Part shown: piece by piece, positions 56,793-64,000 of the stretch
Position numbering within the stretch: position 1 is the first letter of the stretch
How the letters are laid out: each line of letters opens with the position of its first letter
Assembly: GCA_016929065.1 (NCBI GenBank)
Contig: JAFGJO010000055.1
Span: forward strand, 401 to 64,400
Direction: 5' to 3'
Length of the DNA stretch: 64,000 nt
Origin: Spirochaetales bacterium
GTDB taxonomy: Bacteria > Spirochaetota > Spirochaetia > SZUA-6 > RPPD01
The notes under the pieces: model-generated
What the model was told of the DNA's origin: nothing
Seen by the model: only the letters and a program-made list of their open reading frames with translations
Database searches by the model: none
Program-made: the position numbers and the translations under genes

Positions 56793-58769
56793 ATGAATAA
56801 AATACCCAATAATCCATACATCGTTGGAAATCCGATCAAAACAAAGGAGATGTTTTTCGGACGCGAAGACGATTTCATGTTTGTCACCCGAAAAGTGGGT
56901 GTTGAAAAGGCGAACCAGGTTATTATTTTCTGCGGTGAGCGTCGATCGGGAAAAACGTCAATTCTGTTTCAAATTCTTTCCGGACAGCTGGGTGAGTTTT
57001 TTTTGCCGATTCTTGTTGATATGCAGATCCTTGCCGGGCTGAAAAGCGATTTGGAGTTTTTTCGGGCAGTGCTTGAGGTGGGATGTGAGAGCCTGAAGAT
57101 ACCGGGACTCACGCTTGAAGCTGTGGAAAAGGAAGCGCGCGAAAAAACCGTGGAAAGAATTTTTGAGGCATTTCTGGCTTTTGTTGCCAAATCCTGTCCC
57201 GGAAAGGTTGTTTTGTTTTTGCTTGATGAATATGAGCTTATCGAGGCGAAAATAAAGGAAGGGAGCTTGAGTGAATCGGTCATTCATTACCTTTCGGGAG
57301 TGCTTGAGAGCAAATACAGGATTTCATTTATTTTTACCGGCTCAACCAACCTGGAAAACAGAAAAGTCGATTACTGGAAATCATTGCTCGGAAAATCCAT
57401 TTATCGGAAAATATCATATTTATCAGAACATGACACCCGGAGGCTGATCACCGAGCCTCTGAAAAACCATATTGATTACCCGGATGAAGTAATTGACCGG
57501 ATTTACCGGCTCACCGGCGGACAGCCCTTTTATACACAGGTAATGTGCCAGAATCTTGTTGACATTCTCATGGAAGAAGGCCGGAATGATCCGGAAAAAA
57601 AAGATCTCGAATCGGTTGTGAAGGATATTATCGAGAATCCGCTGCCGCAGATGATCTATTCATGGAACAGCCTTGGGGACTGGATAAAATTTACCATGTC
57701 CTCTCTTGCCGGAGCGTGTCACACCTCAAAAGACTGGGCGGATGCACAGTCGGTGTATCAGTATCTTTCCAAAAGTAAAATCGCCCTGACGTTTAAACGG
57801 GAACGGCTGAATGTGTTTCTGGAGGAAGCGTATCAAAAAGAATTTCTGCAGAAAAACGATCAGAGCGAATACTGTTTTAAAATGGATTTGTACCGCCGGT
57901 GGATCCGCAAGGAACATTCGATATGGAAAGTGATCAAGGAAGTCAAACTGGAGATAAAAAAATCGGCGGGAATTAAAAAGATCGTCGCGATCGCGGCGGC
58001 GGCGGGGATCCTTGTCGGGATCGGCATCGTGATTACATTCATTATTATTAATGGCGGCTCACAGCATGCGGTCACTGTAGAAGACGGTCAAATTCGCGGT
58101 TTGAAGGTCATTTCAAACCAGGCGCCGTTCCAGGTGATGATTGATGATGCCCTTACGGTTACCAGCCAGGGGCTGGAAAACGAAAAGGAACTCGTTCTGC
58201 CCCCGCTTTTGCCGGGAAAGCATGTTTTTGTGTATCAGAATCCACGGACCAAAGAGCGCAGAGTGGATACTGTTGAAATCAAGGCAGGTATGAATGATCT
58301 CTCTATCCGGTTTCTGCAGGAAGATCCCGGTTCGAATATGTCAGCAGATGCAGGGTCATTGTTTGTGTCCTCCTCTCCGGACGGAGCAAAAATATATATC
58401 GATGGGAAATATCATGCTACATCTCCCAAAGTGATCAGCAATATCACGGCAGGCCGGCACAAAGTAACCGTTGAGCGCGAAGGGTACAGAACGGAAGAGT
58501 TCTGGGTTGATGTAACTGTTCAGGGAATCACCGAACGTAAAATACAACTATCCCCTGTTTATGGTTATGTGTCTTTTAAGATACTCCCCACGGCAAAAAT
58601 ATATCTTGACGGTGCATTTTTGGTTGAAGTACCCATTGTCGAGCCGAGCCGGATACAAACCGGAAAACATACTCTGACAATTGTCAATGAAAGTATGGGA
58701 TACCGGGAGGATATTCCCATTGTTGTCAAAGAGGGAGAGACAGTTCCCATCGAAAGGAAATTGCGATGA
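56793..58769 (+). CDS. STAND-type P-loop ATPase, single TM helix, periplasmic PEGA domains
   Basis: NPY..G.P...MFFGRE, Walker A GERRSGKTS, Walker B LFLLDEYE, TGGQPF; TM IVAIAAAAGILVGIGIVITFIII; GSLFVSSSPDGAKIYIDG...G.H.V...REGY. Confidence 0.88.
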   Translation: MNKIPNNPYIVGNPIKTKEMFFGREDDFMFVTRKVGVEKANQVIIFCGERRSGKTSILFQILSGQLGEFFLPILVDMQILAGLKSDLEFFRAVLEVGCESLKIPGLTLEAVEKEAREKTVERIFEAFLAFVAKSCPGKVVLFLLDEYELIEAKIKEGSLSESVIHYLSGVLESKYRISFIFTGSTNLENRKVDYWKSLLGKSIYRKISYLSEHDTRRLITEPLKNHIDYPDEVIDRIYRLTGGQPFYTQVMCQNLVDILMEEGRNDPEKKDLESVVKDIIENPLPQMIYSWNSLGDWIKFTMSSLAGACHTSKDWADAQSVYQYLSKSKIALTFKRERLNVFLEEAYQKEFLQKNDQSEYCFKMDLYRRWIRKEHSIWKVIKEVKLEIKKSAGIKKIVAIAAAAGILVGIGIVITFIIINGGSQHAVTVEDGQIRGLKVISNQAPFQVMIDDALTVTSQGLENEKELVLPPLLPGKHVFVYQNPRTKERRVDTVEIKAGMNDLSIRFLQEDPGSNMSADAGSLFVSSSPDGAKIYIDGKYHATSPKVISNITAGRHKVTVEREGYRTEEFWVDVTVQGITERKIQLSPVYGYVSFKILPTAKIYLDGAFLVEVPIVEPSRIQTGKHTLTIVNESMGYREDIPIVVKEGETVPIERKLR

Positions 58770-59683
58770 ATGAGATGTTGAATAAAAAAATATTTTTTTT
58801 TCTTGTTGTATTTTTTATTTCAGTTTTATCAATATCTGCTCAGGAACCCGTTTCTGCAATAACCGGAACAGCGGAGCGGGTTAATCAAATTCAGCAGTTG
58901 TATCGAAGTGCAGAGTATGCACAATGTCTTCAGCTTATTGATACTGCGATCAAACAGCATGAGGACGGCAGTGTGGGACTCCCCTTTTTTCAGCTGGCGC
59001 GGGTCTATATATTCAAAGCGCTTGTTGTCTATGCATACCGTGAAGAGGGGTTTCAGGAAACCGTAAAGGAATTACTCCTGAAAGCGGTTTCTACTGATAT
59101 CAATTTTGAATTTGATGATTATGCAATTATCCCGACGTACATTGTCGATATGTTTGTAAAAATAAAACGCGAGTATCTGGAGCAGTTTTCAAAAACCACA
59201 CGCCGGCACACGCTTGGTGTGTACGGTTCGTTGACCGCACTGCCGACACTTCTTGATAATCCGGAATATTTAAAGCCGGGGATTCATTATTCATTCAATT
59301 TTTCAGAGTCCTTTATGCTGCTCGCCGATGTTGAATTCCCCGCATCCGGAAATATCTTCAACACTATTATGGGGCGTGCAGGGGTTATCTGGTTCCCCTC
59401 ATTTAAAATCGAAACAGTATCGATGGGGCTCGGAATGATGTATGCAATGAGAGTTGAGCGCAATGCGAATACACTTCATGTTTTTTCTGTAGAAGGATAC
59501 GGGGAACTGATTTTACGGTTTGGGTTGGGGTTGGCTGCCAGCATCGAGCTGGTCCGCTTTGACCTGAGTGTTGGAGATTACCCGAGCAATTTTAGCAGCG
59601 GTGGTGCAGTCAGTTTTTTTCAGAGTGACTCTGCTCAGCTCTCGTTTGCCAATTTGCGCATATACATATTTTTTACATTTTAA
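58766..59683 (+). CDS. Secreted protein: TPR-like N-domain plus probable outer-membrane beta-barrel
   Basis: Signal peptide; helical hairpins (LY.SAEY.QC.QL...A.VY...A...Y); alternating beta-strands; terminal IYIFFTF; ATGA overlap. Confidence 0.7.
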   Translation: MNEMLNKKIFFFLVVFFISVLSISAQEPVSAITGTAERVNQIQQLYRSAEYAQCLQLIDTAIKQHEDGSVGLPFFQLARVYIFKALVVYAYREEGFQETVKELLLKAVSTDINFEFDDYAIIPTYIVDMFVKIKREYLEQFSKTTRRHTLGVYGSLTALPTLLDNPEYLKPGIHYSFNFSESFMLLADVEFPASGNIFNTIMGRAGVIWFPSFKIETVSMGLGMMYAMRVERNANTLHVFSVEGYGELILRFGLGLAASIELVRFDLSVGDYPSNFSSGGAVSFFQSDSAQLSFANLRIYIFFTF

Positions 59684-59692
59684 GGAGCAGCC

Positions 59693-60694
59693 ATGGTAAA
59701 TCCGGAACTGCCGGTTGTCGATCCGAATCAGTTTATCGGCCAGCGGAGTACTGTCAGAAGAATCTTTTCCCGAATCGGCGCCGAGCGTCCCCAGTCGGTG
59801 GCTGTCATTGGCGGGCGAAAGATTGGAAAAAGTTCCCTGCTGAATTATTTGAATACTGCACAGGCCCAGCAAGAAAATTTAACTGATTTGGAAAATTATA
59901 TTTTTCTTCACTTTTCTCCCCAAAATGACCCTGAGTTGAGTGTCGATGTTCTCCTGCACCGGATCCTTCTCGATCTGGGTGCGACAAACGGGGGGAATGA
60001 AAGTCTTTATACAACGCTGCAAAGGACTGTTGAACAGCTGCATCATTCGGGAAAGAAAATTGTTTTCATGTTTGATGATTTTCATAATACAACGACCAAT
60101 GAAAATTTTCCCCTTGAGTTTTTTTCGTTTCTGCGGTCGCTGGCAAATAATTATAACCTTGCGTATGTTACCAGTTCCTATCTTGAACTGCAGAAGCTGT
60201 GTGTGGCAAAAGATATAGAAGAATCTCCGTTTTTCAATATTTTTACAAACGTACCTGTCGGACTCTTAAAACACGACGAGGCTGCAAGCCTTTTTTCCCG
60301 ACTTACCGGGCTGGATGAGCAGGAAGTTGAACGTGTCGTTACATGGTGCGGTCCGTCCCCGTATGTAGTGAAACTGATCGCTTCCCGGATTAATGATGCG
60401 GTGTTAAACCTGAATAATCTGGAAAAAGAATTTTTACCGCTTCTTTCAGACTATTTTACCATGATTGTATCTGTTGTTCCCCGGGCTGCATTCAAGCCGT
60501 TAAAAGAACTCGTAAAAGGAAAACAGCCCGGGCAGCACGAATCGTATCTTCTCCAGCCGCTTGTCCGGCACCGGTTTCTTGAGGAAGATGAAGACCAGAT
60601 CATGTTTTTCTCGGAGGCATTCAAGCTTTTTATCATGAAAAAGCTGACACCGGAAATGCTTGTCGGCCACGAGAATAAAACCAGACAGGAGTAA
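59693..60694 (+). CDS. Stand-alone STAND-type ATPase
   Basis: Walker A GGRKIGKSS, Walker B FMFDDFH, SPFFNIF, CGPSPY. Confidence 0.85.
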   Translation: MVNPELPVVDPNQFIGQRSTVRRIFSRIGAERPQSVAVIGGRKIGKSSLLNYLNTAQAQQENLTDLENYIFLHFSPQNDPELSVDVLLHRILLDLGATNGGNESLYTTLQRTVEQLHHSGKKIVFMFDDFHNTTTNENFPLEFFSFLRSLANNYNLAYVTSSYLELQKLCVAKDIEESPFFNIFTNVPVGLLKHDEAASLFSRLTGLDEQEVERVVTWCGPSPYVVKLIASRINDAVLNLNNLEKEFLPLLSDYFTMIVSVVPRAAFKPLKELVKGKQPGQHESYLLQPLVRHRFLEEDEDQIMFFSEAFKLFIMKKLTPEMLVGHENKTRQE

Positions 60695-60700
60695 CAGGCA

Positions 60701-62464
60701 ATGCCGAATATTGATGATCTTCTTCGAAAAAGAAAAGAACTTATGGAAGAAATCGACCAGGAGATCAGATCCCGGTATACCAAAGCAGTAACCCTTCTTT
60801 TTACCGATATTGTGGGGTCGACCCGGTTTTTTGAGGAAATGGGCGATATCGCAGGTCGGCAGATGATTCAGACGCATAATGACCTGCTGTTTCCTGTGAT
60901 TGACAAATTCGGGGGACGGGTGATCAAGACAATCGGTGATTCCATCATGGCCAGCTTTGACGACTCAAAGCAGGCTGTAAGCGGCGCAGTGACGATGCAG
61001 AAGGCATTGGAAAAATACAACAAGGCGACCGATGACAGGCATAAAATACGCGTCCGGATGGGACTGCATTTTGGTGAAGCGGTGGTCGATGAAAAAGACC
61101 TCTTTGGCGATATGGTCAATACTTCCGCCCGGGTGGAAGCGCGGGCGAATGCAGATGAAATCATTATTTCCCATGCATTAAAGGAACAGATTGAGGGACA
61201 TGATTTTCCCATGGTGTTTCTGGGAACCGATGTGGTTAAAGGCAAGAAAGAGAAAATTGATTTTTTTCTGGTAAACTGGAATTCCCGGGATGAAAAGGAA
61301 ATTGTCGAGTCGTGGAAAACACGCATCACCATCACAATTACGCATGAAAAAAGCGCAGCAAAGGCGCCCGGTGTGGTAGTCAAAAAAAATATTGCCATAT
61401 CCCCGGATATTCCCCCGCTCACGCGGAAGGGAAATCCGTATCTGAACCGTGTCATGCTTCCGCATCCTTCTCTGTTTTTCGGAAGAAAAGCGCTGGTAAA
61501 ACGGATCTTTTCAAGGATAGAGTCGGATCGGCCTCAGTCAATTTCTGTTGTCGGCGAGCGCAGGATTGGAAAATCGTCTCTGCTGAATTTTCTGAATTTT
61601 CCAAGCACCCGGGCAGCGCTGATGTCTGCACCCGAAAAATATATTTTTACATTTGTCGATTTTCAGCAGGTCCGGGCCCAGGCGGCAAGTGAAATTGTCG
61701 GAATCATTTTCCGGGAAATGGAGCGGACTCTCTGTGACGGCATTTCAATTAATGTTGAACCGGATTTTGACGGAATGAAGACACTGGTTGAAGCAGTCAC
61801 TTCTGCGGGGTTCCGCCTGATTTTGTTTTTTGACGAGTTTGAATCGGTGACGAAAAATGAGCATATAAAGCCGGATTTTTACAGTTTTTTCCGCTCCCTG
61901 GCCAATAATTACCCGCTCGCATTTGTGACTGCAAGCGGACGAAATCTCAAGGATATGTGTGTTACCCACGAAATTTCCGATTCCCCTTTTTTCAATATCT
62001 TTACTGTTCAGAATGTCGGGCTGTTCAGCGAAAAGGAGGCAGCTGAATTAATCGCCGGACCGTCTGTAGAATCCAGGGTGCCGCTTGCCCCGCTGACAGA
62101 GTCAATTATTGCTGAAGCAGGCTGTTATCCGTTTTTTTTGCAGATGATGTGCGGTGCGTGGTTTGAATATCTGGATGCAGAAGGGGCAATGGCGGAAGAA
62201 TTCACCTCGAAACCGGCACCCAAAGAGGTGATTGCCCTTTTTAAAGAAGAAGCAGAACCTCATTTCGAATATATTGCAGAGACTTTTTCAAAAGAAGAAG
62301 AAAAGCTGTGCAGACAAATTGCAGATCAGAAGCCGGTCGCAACAGATTCACCGGTTGCAGAACAGTTGTTGCGGCGGGGGTATTGTATCGAGGATGAGCA
62401 GCGGGGACTGCGCCTGTTCGGCAGTCAGTTTGAATTGTTTTTGAAAAAATATTATTCACGGTGA
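60701..62464 (+). CDS. Class III adenylate cyclase fused to a STAND-type ATPase
   Basis: LFTDIVGST, IKTIGDS, RMGLHFG, DLFGDMVNTSAR; NPY...FFGR, GERRIGKSS, LFFDEFE, SPFFNIF, AGCYPF. Confidence 0.9.
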   Translation: MPNIDDLLRKRKELMEEIDQEIRSRYTKAVTLLFTDIVGSTRFFEEMGDIAGRQMIQTHNDLLFPVIDKFGGRVIKTIGDSIMASFDDSKQAVSGAVTMQKALEKYNKATDDRHKIRVRMGLHFGEAVVDEKDLFGDMVNTSARVEARANADEIIISHALKEQIEGHDFPMVFLGTDVVKGKKEKIDFFLVNWNSRDEKEIVESWKTRITITITHEKSAAKAPGVVVKKNIAISPDIPPLTRKGNPYLNRVMLPHPSLFFGRKALVKRIFSRIESDRPQSISVVGERRIGKSSLLNFLNFPSTRAALMSAPEKYIFTFVDFQQVRAQAASEIVGIIFREMERTLCDGISINVEPDFDGMKTLVEAVTSAGFRLILFFDEFESVTKNEHIKPDFYSFFRSLANNYPLAFVTASGRNLKDMCVTHEISDSPFFNIFTVQNVGLFSEKEAAELIAGPSVESRVPLAPLTESIIAEAGCYPFFLQMMCGAWFEYLDAEGAMAEEFTSKPAPKEVIALFKEEAEPHFEYIAETFSKEEEKLCRQIADQKPVATDSPVAEQLLRRGYCIEDEQRGLRLFGSQFELFLKKYYSR

Positions 62465-62505
62465 ACCGGGTTGCCGGGAAAGTCAAAACGAGTTAAAATA
62501 TTTTC

Positions 62506-62703
62506 ATGAATTGTCAAAACAAACCACAAAATAAAACACAATGCAATTGCACCTATCCGGGATGCAGCAGGCACGGCGTCTGCTGTGAATGCATCCAGTA
62601 CCACCGCCGAAGCAATGAACTCCCTGCCTGTTTTTTCACTGCACAGGAAGAGCGTACATACAATCGCAGTATTTCTTTTTTTGTAAAAAACCGTTCACGG
62701 TAA
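62506..62703 (+). CDS. Small Cys/His-rich protein (DUF6485-like)
   Basis: CNCTY.GCSRHG.CCEC..YH....LPACFF...E.TY.RS. Confidence 0.8.
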   Translation: MNCQNKPQNKTQCNCTYPGCSRHGVCCECIQYHRRSNELPACFFTAQEERTYNRSISFFVKNRSR

Positions 62704-62805
62704 TTTGTTGGTGACAGTATTCAGGAAAGGATATCGCTCCCTGTCTGATTCATCTTGTAAAATATATCACCTGCGATTATTATTAATACAGGGAGCACCG
62801 TTCGT

Positions 62806-64000
62806 ATGGCAGGCAGCACAGGGACCTTTGTTTTTGATACCTTCGAAGAAATAGACCTCTATGATCTCGCGCAGACCGCACAAAATGAAGATTATAAAAA
62901 ACTGTCCGGGTGGCTCTGTAAATACAAGGAAAGCAAACTCATTGAAAATAACCTGCTGTGGGAGCAGGAAAAACGGAAAGAATATCAGCATGAATACCAG
63001 TTTTTGCTGAAATTGATTGACTCCTACATCGCCATTACGTCAAAAGACCATAAAACAGGAAAAACCAATTTTTATGAAAAATTGAAAATGCGGAGACGAA
63101 TTCGCCAGCTTACCGGTGAAATATTCAGCAGCCTGAACCTGCCGGACAAAACTGCGGTTGTCCTTGATAATTACCTGCGGAAAAAAAACTTTGACAATTC
63201 TTTTCGTGATTTTGTTGAAGAACACTTCCGCGGAAACACGGCCCGGGATGATGTGGCCGGCGAATTGAAAATGTCCAACAGGGAGAAAAAAGAGCTCCAT
63301 GAGTTTATCAACAAGAAAATGACCGCTCTGGAGAAATATGAATACGGCCGGGAGTTTGTTGATATTGATGTTTATCTTGCCGAATATGAGAAAAAGCTGG
63401 GAAATCATATTTTCCTTCTCGATGAGCTGGTGGATATTTTAAGTACGGAATATGACCGGCGGATACTTTCCACGCGGCACCGTTTTGAGGAATACCTTCA
63501 GCCGCTGAAGCGGGTTCTTGAAAGAATAGACGATGAGATCCGCGAGATAGACAAAGACATCGGTTTTCTTGCCAAAGACACCTCAATTGATAAAGCTGAT
63601 AAAAAAAAGCTTGAGACAGCATTCAAGCAAAAGCGGAACGAACTTCTGTCGCTGAAAAAACAGGAGTTTGAAAAGCTCAACTCGATAAAACTGGTTTCAG
63701 AAAACATCAAGGAAGGAGTCAAACAGTTTCATCTGCTTATAGACCGGTTGAGCGACAAACTCAGATATTTTAAAAACCGTCAGTTTTACATTGAAAAACT
63801 CGCCCGATACGGTGCCGACATTCCAAAACTCAAGAATATCCTCAATGATCTGTATTCGACGTTTAACAGGCATATCAAGACGCTGCAGAAAAGTTTTCTT
63901 CTATTCGACTTGTCCTTTCAAAAAACAGTACTCAGTGCAATCGAAGACCAGAGCGTCATTAACCGCATTGTATTGTCCCCTCACGGGATTGTGGACGCGG
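62806..64000 (+). CDS. Hypothetical charged helical/coiled-coil protein, 3'-partial (absent from the ORF track)
   Basis: AGGGAG then ATG 62806 (MAGSTGTFVFDTFEEIDLY...); frame read open to the window end. Confidence 0.85.
   Translation, partial: MAGSTGTFVFDTFEEIDLYDLAQTAQNEDYKKLSGWLCKYKESKLIENNLLWEQEKRKEYQHEYQFLLKLIDSYIAITSKDHKTGKTNFYEKLKMRRRIRQLTGEIFSSLNLPDKTAVVLDNYLRKKNFDNSFRDFVEEHFRGNTARDDVAGELKMSNREKKELHEFINKKMTALEKYEYGREFVDIDVYLAEYEKKLGNHIFLLDELVDILSTEYDRRILSTRHRFEEYLQPLKRVLERIDDEIREIDKDIGFLAKDTSIDKADKKKLETAFKQKRNELLSLKKQEFEKLNSIKLVSENIKEGVKQFHLLIDRLSDKLRYFKNRQFYIEKLARYGADIPKLKNILNDLYSTFNRHIKTLQKSFLLFDLSFQKTVLSAIEDQSVINRIVLSPHGIVDA

Noticed and set aside
60701-61300. Pycsar-type pyrimidine cyclase
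   Set aside because: The purine-selecting Lys (IKTIGD) and Asp (DLFG) of adenylate cyclases are present, and no cNMP-binding effector gene is adjacent
1-64000. CRISPR arrays, tRNA/rRNA genes, intact transposases, and the many short antisense/overlapping ORFs in the track
   Set aside because: No regularly spaced repeats, RNA-gene signatures or transposase motifs were seen; the short ORFs are shadows of longer well-supported genes

Overview
Bacterial chromosomal window, most likely from a spirochaete. This is inferred from a BAPKO_0422/DUF3996-like outer-membrane protein, spirochaete-type ParE/ParC and many lipoproteins. The backbone carries parE-parC, sahR-ahcY, glutamine synthetase III, polX-nth, argC, an RluA-family synthase, MscS, a beta-CASP RNase, two pectate lyases and several surface lipoproteins. 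Two regions stand out. (1) 56.8-62.5 kb is a tightly coupled four-gene operon: membrane-anchored STAND-type ATPase with periplasmic PEGA domains, TPR-like/outer-membrane barrel protein, stand-alone STAND ATPase, and adenylate cyclase-STAND fusion. It looks like an undescribed trans-envelope NTPase/cAMP signalling or conflict system. (2) 16-20 kb is an AT-rich, decaying integron-like cassette array: attC-like hairpins, a tyrosine-recombinase fragment, three intact TA pairs, a brnTA remnant and an NDT/TIR-like candidate defence gene. Also seen: a 123-bp duplicated promoter module, several pseudogenes, a SahR-like operator, a HEAT-repeat adenylate cyclase and a long ORF missing from the ORF track (62806 to the window end). 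No rRNA, tRNA or CRISPR array was seen. All family calls come from recognising motifs by eye; no searches were run.
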